A stretch of DNA of 64,000 nt from Methanothrix sp. (GCA_040770465.1 JAXGJB010000004.1:47117-111116), one strand, 5' to 3'. Positions 20,256 through 30,960 are shown, counted from the stretch's first letter. Numbers and translations are program-made. The notes: a model not told the origin generated them from the sequence alone.

Positions 20256-21215
20256 TTAATTGCTATAATCTTTTCTTTGGCGTATCGCCGACAAAGCGAA
20301 GGCCGGTCCATTTGGATGTTCTAGGTGATCAAAGCCGACTTGAACATCGTTAAATCCGAAGTGTGCTAGGCAAGCCAAGATATCTTCGCGGCTCGTCCAG
20401 TTGCTGAATATATCGCTCCCACCGCAAAAGCTCATCGAATCGAGCGCCCTATCGTATTCGTACCTGTGTAGCTCGTGCCGAAAACCACTATACTCAAACG
20501 TCGTGCGATCCCCAAATTTGTTATCTGGAATTAATGGGTTTTTAGATATGATCTCTTCATCATAGTAATGCGTCCAGATGAACAACTTATCTGTAACCTT
20601 GGACAATAGAGCGATCAGCTCAACGGGATTCTTCATGTGGTATAGCACCCCAGAGGCTATTGCTACGTCAAATCTCTGATCATTATTTCTCAAGTACTCG
20701 ACAAAATCACCACACAAGAAGCGCGCTTTTTTTATCCCTAATATCTCCTTCGCGATCAAGCACTTGAGATATGCACGGGTATTCGCCTCGATCGAAAGAA
20801 TGGAAGCTGCGCCAAGCCGCTCTAGCATGTAAGTGTGCCCTCCTTCCAGTGGACCGAGTTCCAATACATTTTTGCCTTCCACTCCACCAAGCTGCTTTGC
20901 AGCCCATAATATGCGCGGATCTTCAAAAAGAAGACTGGACCCCGCCTCCAGGTATGAAAAAGGCTCAGGAAATTTAGATGCCCACTCGCCCTTAAAGATG
21001 TCAACTGCATTCTGGGGGTTTGGGTTAGATTTTATATACTGATCGAGAACGAGATTTCGAACCTCAATTTGGCTTAGTTCAGACCTGCGCTCAGTTTTTT
21101 CGCTGGTAATCGATTTACTTGCGGGATCATTCCCAGCCATCTTAACCGATAAGCTCGAAAAAGGCCTCAATTTGTCTTTTACTAAACAAAATAATTTATT
21201 CAAATTCCTCACCAA
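20256..21215 (-). CDS. Class I SAM-dependent methyltransferase (glycan-associated)
   Basis: VLELGPLEGGH and ASGVLYHM motifs. Confidence 0.85.
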   Translation of the reverse strand: MVRNLNKLFCLVKDKLRPFSSLSVKMAGNDPASKSITSEKTERRSELSQIEVRNLVLDQYIKSNPNPQNAVDIFKGEWASKFPEPFSYLEAGSSLLFEDPRILWAAKQLGGVEGKNVLELGPLEGGHTYMLERLGAASILSIEANTRAYLKCLIAKEILGIKKARFLCGDFVEYLRNNDQRFDVAIASGVLYHMKNPVELIALLSKVTDKLFIWTHYYDEEIISKNPLIPDNKFGDRTTFEYSGFRHELHRYEYDRALDSMSFCGGSDIFSNWTSREDILACLAHFGFNDVQVGFDHLEHPNGPAFALSAIRQRKDYSN

Positions 21216-21238
21216 TAACCATAATTTATAATATATTA

Positions 21239-22072
21239 TTAACTATTTTCAGTGTGTCCGAGGATCCTCGCGTACTCCTCCACCACCAGATCAGCCTCGC
21301 CCAAGGCGACCATCCTCCCCTCTTCCAGAAGGAGGCATCTCTCGCATAAGTTCCTTACCGTATCCAGAGCGTGGGAGACTAGAAGGATCGTCTTTCCTGC
21401 CCGGCGGATCTCGTCGATCTTCTCCGCGCACTTCTTCTGGAAGGCCTCATCCCCCACCGACAAGACCTCGTCGACCAGGAGGACGTCGGGGTCGGTCTGA
21501 ATAGCCGTCGAGAAGGCGAGCTTGACGTACATCCCGGATGAGAAGTTCTTAAGCTTCATGTTCTCAAACCGCTTCAGCTCCGCGAACTCCAGGATCTCCT
21601 CTCGCTTCCCCTCGATCTGCCGTCGCGAGAGCCCCATGATGGCGCCGTAGAGGCGGATGTTCTCCGTCGCCGTCAGCTCCGTGTGAAACCCCACCCCCAG
21701 CTCCAGGAAGGGTGCGATCTTCCCCGCGATCCTCACCCTCCCGGCGTCGGGGCGGAGGACCCCGGCCAGGACCTTGAGGAGGGTGCTCTTCCCGCAGCCG
21801 TTCGGCCCGATGACCCCAAAGGTCTCGCCCCGGCCGACGGTGAAGCTGACATCCTCCAGAGCGGAGAATACCTCGTAGGTGTAACTCCCGCCCCTCACCA
21901 TCCCCACCAGATGGTCATAGAAGGTCGACTTCTTCTCGTGGGGTATCCGAAACCTCTTGGATAGCCCCTCGACGACGATGGCATCGTTTCCGTTTCTGTC
22001 GGCGGCTCCGTCGCCCCCGTTTATCACGGCCTCTATCGCCTTCAGGCCTGCAAGATTGAAGGGCAGGGGCAA
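21239..22072 (-). CDS. wzt: Polysaccharide ABC exporter ATPase
   Basis: [22 protein letters not shown] and DEVLSVGD; no C-terminal CBM. Confidence 0.92.
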   Translation of the reverse strand: MPLPFNLAGLKAIEAVINGGDGAADRNGNDAIVVEGLSKRFRIPHEKKSTFYDHLVGMVRGGSYTYEVFSALEDVSFTVGRGETFGVIGPNGCGKSTLLKVLAGVLRPDAGRVRIAGKIAPFLELGVGFHTELTATENIRLYGAIMGLSRRQIEGKREEILEFAELKRFENMKLKNFSSGMYVKLAFSTAIQTDPDVLLVDEVLSVGDEAFQKKCAEKIDEIRRAGKTILLVSHALDTVRNLCERCLLLEEGRMVALGEADLVVEEYARILGHTENS

Positions 22073-22834
22073 TCAGATCTCCTCCGCAAACCTTCCCTCA
22101 AGCCGCCCAAATAGGACGGTCCCCGCGAGTAGAAGCGCCCCCGCGGCTACGATGACGATAGCGATCTCGCCTAAGGAGGGGGGCTCTCCGTAGAGGAGCG
22201 TCTCCCGGTACATCTCTATCAAGACTGTGGCGGGGTTTTTCATGTAGATGCCGAGGTACTTTTCTGGAACTATCGATATCGGGTATACTATCGGCGAGAG
22301 GAAGAAGGCGGCCTGGAGGATGACCTCCCAGATCTGGTTCAGATCCCTGTAGTAGACGTAGAGGGCCGCCAGAATCAGGCTCGTCCCGTAGACGATCAAG
22401 AGGAAGACGGCGTGGATCAGGGGGAAGAAGAGGACGTTTATGGATAGGTCCACCCCGAAGAAGAGAAGGAGGGGGACGAGGACAAAGAACTCCAGGATCG
22501 AGCTTGTGAAGCTTGAGAGGACGCTGGCGAGAACGAGGATCTGGCGGGGGACGTAAACCTTGGTGACCAGGCTCGGCTTGTTCACGATCGCCGACATCGA
22601 GGTGGAGGTCCCGTTCTGTAAAAACCGCCAGCCTACGATCCCTATGAGGAGATAAAGGGCGAAGTTATCCTGATCTACCCGGAAGACGTTCTTGAAGACC
22701 GCATAGAGGACCAGCATCATCAATAGCGGGTTCAATAGAGACCAGGCAAACCCCAGAACCGAGCTCTGGTACTTCACCTTGAGGTCGCTGACGGTCAAGA
22801 TCCTTATCAGTTCCCTGTACTCGACGATCCACAT
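22073..22834 (-). CDS. wzm: Polysaccharide ABC exporter permease
   Basis: DLKVKYQSSVLGFAWSLLNP, six TMs, FFLSPIVYP. Confidence 0.92.
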   Translation of the reverse strand: MWIVEYRELIRILTVSDLKVKYQSSVLGFAWSLLNPLLMMLVLYAVFKNVFRVDQDNFALYLLIGIVGWRFLQNGTSTSMSAIVNKPSLVTKVYVPRQILVLASVLSSFTSSILEFFVLVPLLLFFGVDLSINVLFFPLIHAVFLLIVYGTSLILAALYVYYRDLNQIWEVILQAAFFLSPIVYPISIVPEKYLGIYMKNPATVLIEMYRETLLYGEPPSLGEIAIVIVAAGALLLAGTVLFGRLEGRFAEEI

Positions 22835-22835
22835 C

Positions 22836-23885
22836 TCAGGGCTCCCTGATCTCGCTCCAAGTCCTTATATGTTTGCGTATCTCCCTCTCCGATACCTTCC
22901 GGACCACCTTCTTTCGCCTCCCCAGCATCAGGGGCAGGCCCCGCAATCCGTCGACCTTCGACCTCAGGGCCGTCCTTCCCTGGCCACGGAGGGCGTAATA
23001 TGGGATGACGGCGAGGTTCCGCCCTGCGATCCAGGGGAGCGACGTCACCAGAAGCCTTGCGGGGAAGTCCTTGACCGGATACCAGAGGACGTTCCTGTTC
23101 CCGTAGTATACCGATAGATCCGAGCCAAACCCCGCCGTCCCGCCGTGAAAGTGGCAGACCCTGGCTTCTGGAACGAAGAGGCACCTCCATCCCGCAAGCT
23201 GCCCCCGGAAGGCCAGGTCCACATCCTCCATGTACATGAAGAAATCCTCGTCGAAGAGGCCGATCTCCTCGAGCATCTCTCTCCGGTAAAGGCCGGCCCC
23301 CGCCGACGGGCCGAAGACCTCACAGGCCTCGTCATACTGGCCATGGTCCGCCTCCCCCATCCCCCGGTCCCAGGCGGCGCCGCTCCGGGAGACGCAGATC
23401 CCCGTGGAGTTTATCCTTCCGTCGAAAAGGAGCATCTTTGGTGCCACCATCCCCACCCCATCGTCAGAACCGATGGCCTCAGCCAGACACCTGAGCAGGT
23501 CTCTGTCGGCTATCGTGTCGTTGTTGAGGGTCAGGATGAACTCGCCACGGGCGGATCTGATGCCGGAGTTCACGCCCCCGGCAAAGCCCAGGTTCGTCTC
23601 ATTTTCTACGATCCTGACCTCTGGAAACTTCTCTCTTGTAAACTCAGCACTCCCATCGGAGGACCCGTTGTCCACGAGAATAGTCTCAAAATTCCTGAAG
23701 GTCTGGTCCGATAGAGAGGAGAGGCATCCTTCCAGGTAACGCCTGCCGTTGTAGTTCGGAACAACAACGCTTATCATGCCAGGTCGAATCTCAGGACTCC
23801 TCCTCCCGGGCCTCACATTCATATCAGCCCTAAGCCTCGAAACGCCCCCACTCCCCCCCTGAGTTTTGATACCCTCTCGCGCCAT
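22836..23885 (-). CDS. GT2 glycosyltransferase (rhamnosyltransferase-like)
   Basis: VVPNYNG, LVDNGSSD, LNND and FFMYMEDVDL motifs; true start may be the later Met of MISVVVP. Confidence 0.9.
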   Translation of the reverse strand: MAREGIKTQGGSGGVSRLRADMNVRPGRRSPEIRPGMISVVVPNYNGRRYLEGCLSSLSDQTFRNFETILVDNGSSDGSAEFTREKFPEVRIVENETNLGFAGGVNSGIRSARGEFILTLNNDTIADRDLLRCLAEAIGSDDGVGMVAPKMLLFDGRINSTGICVSRSGAAWDRGMGEADHGQYDEACEVFGPSAGAGLYRREMLEEIGLFDEDFFMYMEDVDLAFRGQLAGWRCLFVPEARVCHFHGGTAGFGSDLSVYYGNRNVLWYPVKDFPARLLVTSLPWIAGRNLAVIPYYALRGQGRTALRSKVDGLRGLPLMLGRRKKVVRKVSEREIRKHIRTWSEIREP

Positions 23886-23887
23886 CG

Positions 23888-24799
23888 TTATTCGGACCAG
23901 CCGTAATATTCCATCAGCAGACCTACCCCTTCAGGCAGAGAATATCTCGATCTAAAGCCGAGAATCGCTTCGGCCTTGGAAGTATCGGCCAGAGTGTGGG
24001 CAACATAATTTTTGATGGGGTTATCGACGTGAACCGGCGCGACGTCGAGTTTCATCTTCTCAGCCAGGATCTCAACCACCTCGTTGAAGCTGTAGCTCTT
24101 TCCAGTTCCGACATTTAGGACTCCGACGTAGTCTGATCTCATGGCGAGCATCAGAGCCCGGACCACGTCTTTAACGTAGACGAAGTCCCGGGTCTGTCTC
24201 CCGTCCCCGTAGATGACGGGAGCCTTGCCGCCCATAATCTCCCAAAAAAACTGAGAGATGATGTTCGCGTACCGCTTCTTCGACCTCTCCCTCGGCCCGT
24301 AGACGGAGAAGAACCGCGTTCCTACAGAATCTACATTGAAGAGCTTCTTGTAAAGATCGGCGATCCGTTCCATGGAGAACATCGCCTCGGTGTAGTAGTC
24401 GGTGACTGCAACCTCCATATCTTCTCGATGAGGTGGAGTCTGGCCGCTGTAGAGGGAAGACGTCGAGGCGTAAACGACCCTGCATCCGGATTTTTTTGCC
24501 AGCTCCAGAACCGCTATCATCCCCTTAATCGCTTCGCCCACCAGCATCGGGTCTCTCTTGTACATCGGCGAGGACGACGGGATGCCCAGATGATATATGG
24601 AGCTGGGGCTTATCTCCAGATCGAGCAAGTTGATGCTGCTGCCAGAAACGACTTCAACATCCCCCGATAAACCCTCCAGGTTCTTCCCGTTTCCGGTGCT
24701 CAGATCGTCCAGAACCACGACCTCTTCGCCCGAAGCCAGAAGGCTCTCCACCAGGTTTGAGCCGATGAACCCGGCACCCCCTGTAACAAGAACGGTCAA
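23888..24799 (-). CDS. NAD-dependent nucleotide-sugar epimerase/dehydratase
   Basis: TGGAGFIGS, GDGRQTRDFVYV. Confidence 0.88.
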   Translation of the reverse strand: MTVLVTGGAGFIGSNLVESLLASGEEVVVLDDLSTGNGKNLEGLSGDVEVVSGSSINLLDLEISPSSIYHLGIPSSSPMYKRDPMLVGEAIKGMIAVLELAKKSGCRVVYASTSSLYSGQTPPHREDMEVAVTDYYTEAMFSMERIADLYKKLFNVDSVGTRFFSVYGPRERSKKRYANIISQFFWEIMGGKAPVIYGDGRQTRDFVYVKDVVRALMLAMRSDYVGVLNVGTGKSYSFNEVVEILAEKMKLDVAPVHVDNPIKNYVAHTLADTSKAEAILGFRSRYSLPEGVGLLMEYYGWSE

Positions 24800-24838
24800 A
24801 ATATATCCTCCAAAATCTACATAAAATTATTATGTAAT

Positions 24839-25711
24839 TTAAACAGTCGTCTCAATCTCTTCTTTGAGGGCTGTGAGGGACTTCTCCAGATCGTAAGGCC
24901 CATCGTCCAAGATCGCTTGAGCCCTGGCGACGTCGAGGGACGAGTCTTCTGGACGTTTCGCCTTCCAGATCATATCGCTCATCTTTGACGGGATCACAAG
25001 CTGGGGGTCCAGCCCGAAGACCTCTGCTAGCCTTTGCGCAAACCCGTATCTGGATATCCTCGTCGCCCCTGCCATGTGGTAGATCCCCGAGAGCCTCTTA
25101 TCCCCCGCCTCAAGGAGCATCTTTGCGAGGTTGGTGTTCAAGGTGGGCGTAACGTACTGATCCGTCACGATCCTCGCCTCCCCACCGTCCTTCAGCTTCT
25201 CGATCAGCCAGAGGGCGAAGTTCACTTTGCCGCTCGCGGGCCTCGCCCCGTATATGACGCAGGTCCTGGCCACGCAGTCGCAGAACCTCTCCCCCAAGAG
25301 TTTGGTGAGGCCGTAATTATTGATGGGATCGGTCCTGTCATCCTCTCTGTAAAACCCCCTATCTCCATCGAAGACGTAGTCGGTAGAGACGTAGACCACG
25401 AAAGCTCCGACCTCTGCGGCGGACTTTGCGACGGATTCTGTCCCCTCTACGTTGATCTTCCAGGCGAGATCCTGATCCGTCTCGCACCTGTCCACATCGG
25501 TCAGGGCGGCGGTGTGATAGACCACCTCGGGACGAACCTCCAGGATCTTATCTCTGATCCCGCCCTTGTCTTCAAGATCGAATTTTATCCTCTCGCCCAC
25601 CTCCGGGAGATGGTGGCAGTATCCGGAGAATACATCGTCACCTCTATCGGCGGCGATCTCAGCGAGCCTGCTTCCCAATAGGCCGCTTCCCCCCGTTATG
25701 AATAATCTCAT
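24839..25711 (-). CDS. rfbD: dTDP-4-dehydrorhamnose reductase
   Basis: GGSGLLG, STDYVFDG, YGLTK. Confidence 0.9.
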   Translation of the reverse strand: MRLFITGGSGLLGSRLAEIAADRGDDVFSGYCHHLPEVGERIKFDLEDKGGIRDKILEVRPEVVYHTAALTDVDRCETDQDLAWKINVEGTESVAKSAAEVGAFVVYVSTDYVFDGDRGFYREDDRTDPINNYGLTKLLGERFCDCVARTCVIYGARPASGKVNFALWLIEKLKDGGEARIVTDQYVTPTLNTNLAKMLLEAGDKRLSGIYHMAGATRISRYGFAQRLAEVFGLDPQLVIPSKMSDMIWKAKRPEDSSLDVARAQAILDDGPYDLEKSLTALKEEIETTV

Positions 25712-25714
25712 CCG

Positions 25715-26716
25715 TCACCACTCCAGCTTCCAGGGGGTGGGATTGAGAACCCGATCGTCGGCCAGAGGCCTCCACCATCCCTCGTTCTCCAGATACCACC
25801 TGACCGTCTCCTCTATCCCCGTCTTGAAGCCGTGCTCCGGCCGCCATCCCAGCTCGTCCCTGATCTTCGATGAGTCGAGGCTGTACCTCTGATCGTGGCC
25901 GGGCCGATCCTCGACGAACTCGATCGCCTCCTCATCTTCGCCCATGAGGGATAATATCGACCTCACGATATCGAGGTTCGTCTTCTCCTCGCCAGAGGAT
26001 ACGTTGTAGATCTCACCGGGCGTGCCCGATTCCGTCACCGTCTCGATGGCGCGGCAGTGGTCTATTACGTAGATCCAGTCCCTGACGTTCTCTCCCGTCC
26101 CGTAGACCGGGATCTTCAGGTGCATCAGGGTCCTTATTATCGTCTTAGGTATCAGCTTCTCTGGAAACTGGGACGGACCGTAGTTGTTGGTGCAACGGGT
26201 GACAATGGCGTCGAGACCATAAGTTCGTGCGTAAGCCAGGACGAAGACGTCAGAGGCGGCTTTGCTGGCGGAATAGGGGGATGACGGCAAAAGAGCGTCT
26301 CTTTCTGTGAACGAGCCCCTTAAAGCCTCTCCATAGACCTCATCCGTCGATATGTGGACCAGCCTCCCATCGGGGTTCTTCTTCCTCAGAGCTTCCAGGA
26401 TTGTGAAGACGCCTCTCACGTTGCTGTCGAAAAAAGATCTGGGGTCTGATATGCTCCTGTCTACATGGGTCTCAGCCGCAAAGTTCACCACCACGTCTGC
26501 GTCCTGGACGATGGCAGATACCAGGTCGAGGTCGGATACATCTCCAGAAACAAAGGTGTACCTCTCATCTTCCTCAACCCCCGACAGGTTCTCAGGGCTC
26601 GACCCGTACTTTTTAGCATCAAGGTTTACGATCTCGTCGTCCCGATCCTCGCCGAGATGCATTCGGACGAAGTTGCTCCCTATAAACCCCAGCCCGCCTG
26701 TAACCAGAACCTTCAT
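25715..26716 (-). CDS. rfbB: dTDP-glucose 4,6-dehydratase
   Basis: FAAETHVDRS, STDEVYG, YSASK, NNYGP. Confidence 0.95.
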   Translation of the reverse strand: MKVLVTGGLGFIGSNFVRMHLGEDRDDEIVNLDAKKYGSSPENLSGVEEDERYTFVSGDVSDLDLVSAIVQDADVVVNFAAETHVDRSISDPRSFFDSNVRGVFTILEALRKKNPDGRLVHISTDEVYGEALRGSFTERDALLPSSPYSASKAASDVFVLAYARTYGLDAIVTRCTNNYGPSQFPEKLIPKTIIRTLMHLKIPVYGTGENVRDWIYVIDHCRAIETVTESGTPGEIYNVSSGEEKTNLDIVRSILSLMGEDEEAIEFVEDRPGHDQRYSLDSSKIRDELGWRPEHGFKTGIEETVRWYLENEGWWRPLADDRVLNPTPWKLEW

Positions 26717-26720
26717 AAAA

Positions 26721-27776
26721 TCACAACAGAATCTCCGAGTTGTCTCCGACTATGAGCCTGTGTCCCATGGGCCTTCGGCCGTTCTCCCCGATCCTGACGT
26801 TCTTTCCGATGAGGCTCTCCGTAATCCTTCCAGCGTTGGATATGGAACACTCCTCCATCACGACGCTGTCCTCGATCTCGGTACCCTCGATGATGCACTC
26901 GTTGTTTACGGAAGTGTAAGGTCCGATGTAGGAGTCGACGATTCTGCAGTTCTCGCCGAGGATACAGGGCCCTTTTATCTCGGAGTTCTCGATGACCGTC
27001 CCCTTCCCTATAACGACCCTCCCGAATACCTTGGACCCTCTCGCGATCCCATCGTTCTTCGACTTCATCTCGTCGAGGATCAGACGGTTCGCCTCCAGGA
27101 TATCCTCGGCCTTCCCCGTGTCCTTCCACCAACCGTCGACGATCGACGCCTCGACGCGGTGGCCGTTATCTATCAGCCACTGGATGGCGTCGGTGATCTC
27201 CAGCTCCCCGCGCCAGGAGGGCTTTATCCTCTTACACGCCTCAATGATCAAGGACTTGAAGAAGTATATCCCCACCAGGGCGTAGTTGGAGGGCGGAACC
27301 GTCGGCTTCTCCACCAGCTTCTTTACCCTTCCCCCCTCGTCGAGGTCCGCGACACCGAACCTCTGGGGATCCTCGACCTCCGTCAAAAGGACGAGAGAGT
27401 CGGGTCCCAGATCCCTGAAGTGATCCGAATGACGGGCGATGCCACCCTTTATGACGTTGTCTCCTAGATACATTATGAACTCTGAATCGCCCAGAAAATC
27501 CTCAGCGACGAGGATCGTATGGGCAAGGCCCGCCGGCTCCCCCTGGAATATGAACTGGATATTTGCGTCCCAATCTCTCGATCTGACCGTCTCCGTGATC
27601 TGATCTTTATTGGGGCCGACGATGATACCGATATCTTCGGCCCCGGCTTCGATCACGTCCTCTATCGCGTAGAATAGGACCGGTTTGTTGGCGATCGGTA
27701 TCAGCTGCTTCTGTTGAGAGTGAGTTATGGGCCGAAGCCTCGTCCCGTGCCCCCCGGACAGTATCAGCGCCTTCAT
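26721..27776 (-). CDS. rfbA: Glucose-1-phosphate thymidylyltransferase (long form)
   Basis: LSGGHGTRLRP, KQLIP, RGELEITDA, hexapeptide-repeat C-terminus. Confidence 0.95.
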   Translation of the reverse strand: MKALILSGGHGTRLRPITHSQQKQLIPIANKPVLFYAIEDVIEAGAEDIGIIVGPNKDQITETVRSRDWDANIQFIFQGEPAGLAHTILVAEDFLGDSEFIMYLGDNVIKGGIARHSDHFRDLGPDSLVLLTEVEDPQRFGVADLDEGGRVKKLVEKPTVPPSNYALVGIYFFKSLIIEACKRIKPSWRGELEITDAIQWLIDNGHRVEASIVDGWWKDTGKAEDILEANRLILDEMKSKNDGIARGSKVFGRVVIGKGTVIENSEIKGPCILGENCRIVDSYIGPYTSVNNECIIEGTEIEDSVVMEECSISNAGRITESLIGKNVRIGENGRRPMGHRLIVGDNSEILL

Positions 27777-27804
27777 TTCAAGACCTCGCGGTTCGGCATC
27801 TCGG

Positions 27805-28362
27805 TCAGAACAGCTCGCCTCTCTCTTCCATCTCTTTTAGAGTGGGCCAGAGCCGGTCTCTCTCTGATATGATCAGATCGTCGATGGGCCACGTCACGTC
27901 CACATCTGGATCGTTCCAGATCAGCCCTCCTTCGCTCTTCGGGGAATAAACGTTGTCGACTTTATATACAACCTCGGCGACTTCGCTCAATGCCAAAAAC
28001 CCATGGGCACACCCTCTCGGAACGTAGAGCTGATGTCTGTTCTCCTCGGAGAGGACAAGCCCCAAATATCGCGAAAAAGTCTGCGAGTTCCTTCTGAGAT
28101 CAACGACAACATCATAAATTTCCCCCCTTATGCATCGGACGAGCTTGGCCTGGGCATACGGCTCCTTCTGGAAGTGAAGCCCTCTAAGAACGCCCCGCTT
28201 GGACCTGGAGTGATTGTCCTGAACAAAATCCCCTTTAATTCCGAAATTTTCCATTTCATCTTTTTTATATATCTCTAGAAAGAACCCTCGGTCATCTTCG
28301 AAGACCTTCGTCTGTATCAAGACGGTCTCCGGGATCTCCAGCCTTTTAAACTCGAAGGACAT
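27805..28362 (-). CDS. rfbC: dTDP-4-dehydrorhamnose 3,5-epimerase
   Basis: DDRGFF, QDNHS, GVLRGLHFQ, AHGF. Confidence 0.95.
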   Translation of the reverse strand: MSFEFKRLEIPETVLIQTKVFEDDRGFFLEIYKKDEMENFGIKGDFVQDNHSRSKRGVLRGLHFQKEPYAQAKLVRCIRGEIYDVVVDLRRNSQTFSRYLGLVLSEENRHQLYVPRGCAHGFLALSEVAEVVYKVDNVYSPKSEGGLIWNDPDVDVTWPIDDLIISERDRLWPTLKEMEERGELF

Positions 28363-28556
28363 GTAATTCACCTTTCAAATCATAAGCGGGCGTGTTGAGG
28401 GATCTGCTTCGACTGTACATCGATGTCCCTCTTCTCAGATATTGTACTTTCCGGCTCGCCGTTTTCTATCCTCGATGATACTCATAAGTTTTGTGTCCGG
28501 CTCCTTTGACCCGGCTTCAATATACAAAGCCGCAATCTCGATATGAACTGACCTGA

Positions 28557-29714
28557 TCATCTCGTAACTGAGGGGGGTATTCCGTCGATCAAACCCTCGT
28601 AAACCCCCACCATCCTCTGGGCCACCCGCCTCCAGCTGTAGCATCTCTCTGCAATCAACCTTCCAGAAGCTCCCATCCTCTCCCTCAGCTCCCCGTCATT
28701 CGACAATTTTATTATGGCATCTGCGAGAGCACCCTCATCCTTTGTCGGAACGACCAAGCCCGCCCCGCCCCTTCTCAGATCCTCGGCGACCCCGACTACG
28801 TCTGTGGCCACCACGGGCAGGCCGCAGGCCATAGCCTCCAAGGCGACCATACCGAACGTCTCCTGGCTTCCGGATATCGACGGCAGCACAAAGAGGTCGG
28901 ATCGGTTGTAGAGCTCCGCGATCCCATCTTCGGGGACGTATCCGAGAAACTCGACCTCGTCTTCTAGGCCGAGGGAAGAAGCGATGCTCTTGTAGCGGCC
29001 AAGAAGTTCACCCGCACCCCCAACGACCAACTTCGCCTCAGGAACCTCTTTGACGACCTTCGCCATCGATGCGAGGAGACGATCCAGACCCTTGAACTCA
29101 TGAAATTTGTCCATGACGCTTATAAAAAGGATGGTTTTTTCCGAAGAGCTCAGTCTTTCAGGAATTTCGATGGGTTTGAACCTTTCGACGTCAACTCCAA
29201 CGGGAATTATTTCAATTTTATTCAAATACCTGTTAAAGTAATCTGACGACTCGACCACCTTAGGGTTGGTTACGATTATTCTGGAGGCGCCTTTCAGGAT
29301 CAATCTTCGGTTGGTGTTTTTATATATTTTTGCTATCCAGCTCATTTTGCCCAGACCGACGATGTCGCTGTGGTGGGTCAAGACCAGCGGTTTGCCCTTA
29401 ACGGCAGCGGCGATTAAGCTCCAGTCGGCGGACCAGGGAGTTGGCAGGTGAGTGTGGATCACGTCGAAATCCTCCTTCAGGATCTCGATGAGGAGGCTCG
29501 GGGTGATGTTGGTATTTGCGATCTTGCCGATGTATGGAATCCTTCGAACTCTCACCCCGTCCAGCAGCTCCTCCTCAACGGAGTTCGGCTCGTTGGCAGA
29601 GAGAACCGTCACCTCGTGCCCCAGCCTTGCCAGCTCTATGCTCAAAGATCGGACGTAGTTTTCCACCCCGCCAGCGTAGGGGTAATAGCGGGCCGGTGTC
29701 TGGAGTATCTTCAT
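28557..29714 (-). CDS. GT4 glycosyltransferase
   Basis: GGVE, ETFGMVALEAMACG. Confidence 0.9.
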   Translation of the reverse strand: MKILQTPARYYPYAGGVENYVRSLSIELARLGHEVTVLSANEPNSVEEELLDGVRVRRIPYIGKIANTNITPSLLIEILKEDFDVIHTHLPTPWSADWSLIAAAVKGKPLVLTHHSDIVGLGKMSWIAKIYKNTNRRLILKGASRIIVTNPKVVESSDYFNRYLNKIEIIPVGVDVERFKPIEIPERLSSSEKTILFISVMDKFHEFKGLDRLLASMAKVVKEVPEAKLVVGGAGELLGRYKSIASSLGLEDEVEFLGYVPEDGIAELYNRSDLFVLPSISGSQETFGMVALEAMACGLPVVATDVVGVAEDLRRGGAGLVVPTKDEGALADAIIKLSNDGELRERMGASGRLIAERCYSWRRVAQRMVGVYEGLIDGIPPSVTR

Positions 29715-29778
29715 ATCACCATCACACGCAGCATATTTTATTTAATTAGGATGATTGAGCCATCCAATGGCTCACCCC

Positions 29779-30906
29779 TCAAAGCCTCTCGTATACATCT
29801 TCGACCTTTTTTGTAATCTCGTCCCAGCCGTATCCCTTCGCCAAATCCTTCGAAGAGCTGGACATCCGTTTATAGGAATCGCCTCCCAGAAGCTCGGCCA
29901 TCTTCAAGGCGATGGATGGAGCTGACGGCTCGGATACCAAGCCGTTTACCCCCTCTTTTATGAGGCTTGAAGCCGCGCTCTTCTCCGCATCGACGACGAC
30001 TGCTGGAAGGCCACAGGCGTTCGCCTCAAGAACCGAGATCCCAAAACCCTCCCTCATCGATGGGAAGACGAAGATCTTGGAGGACTTCATCATAGAAATG
30101 ACGTCCTCTTCCGCATCAAGAAAGCCCACGAAGTCGACATTTTTGCCCATGTTCAGCTCTTCGGCGAGCCGGGTCAGGGCCGGCATCTCGGGGCCGTCCC
30201 CCACGATCCTGCACCTTATATCTGGGATCTCATCCTTCAAGAGGCTCGCCGCCTCTATGAGCAGATCTACCCTCTTATGGCTTGATAGTCTGCCGACGTA
30301 GATGGCGTCGTAGATCGGCTCGTTTGCTTCAACAGAACGGATCTGCTCAAGGTCCACGCCGTTTCCGACGACCTCCAATCTATCGGCCGCCACTCCCATC
30401 CCGATGAGATCTTCTCTGACCCTTTCGGAGACGGGGATTATCTTCTCCGGGAGCCTGACCGTCCCCTTCTCCACCAGCATTCCCAATAGTCCCATCCTTC
30501 CCAGGTACTCGCGCCAGTAATCTCCCCAGACCTCGTGCCAGGTTATGACGAGGGGAGCCCGCCTCAGCTTCGAGTGGACCATTGCAGGGAAGCATGGAAG
30601 GTAAGGAAACTGCTGAGCGTCGATGACGTCGAAATCCCCTTGAAAAGATGATAGAAGTTTTGTTGAGAAGCGGATCGCCGCCCCGATCGACCTCCTCCCT
30701 CCGACGTAGAGCTTCACTGGACCACAGATGCCGTGAAGGCGAACTCCATCTCTTTCGGCGATATCCTTGCCGTCCCAGAACTTCATACCGAAGATGTGAA
30801 CCTCGTGACCCCTATCCGCGAGCCTTCGAGATACCTCCCAGACCCTCTTTTCCGCGCCTCCTTTGACGTGAGGGTATATTACATCGTGGACGTAAGCGAT
30901 CTTCAT
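29779..30906 (-). CDS. GT4 glycosyltransferase
   Basis: GGAEKR, EGFGISVLEANACG. Confidence 0.9.
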   Translation of the reverse strand: MKIAYVHDVIYPHVKGGAEKRVWEVSRRLADRGHEVHIFGMKFWDGKDIAERDGVRLHGICGPVKLYVGGRRSIGAAIRFSTKLLSSFQGDFDVIDAQQFPYLPCFPAMVHSKLRRAPLVITWHEVWGDYWREYLGRMGLLGMLVEKGTVRLPEKIIPVSERVREDLIGMGVAADRLEVVGNGVDLEQIRSVEANEPIYDAIYVGRLSSHKRVDLLIEAASLLKDEIPDIRCRIVGDGPEMPALTRLAEELNMGKNVDFVGFLDAEEDVISMMKSSKIFVFPSMREGFGISVLEANACGLPAVVVDAEKSAASSLIKEGVNGLVSEPSAPSIALKMAELLGGDSYKRMSSSSKDLAKGYGWDEITKKVEDVYERL

Positions 30907-30960
30907 GACGATCGAGTCTCAAGTGAGGCTTTCATCTCTGCTTCTGCAATCCCTCTCCAG

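Noticed and set aside
28435-28644. Small ORF between GT4 and rfbC
   Set aside because: Overlaps the GT4 end and has no recognisable motif
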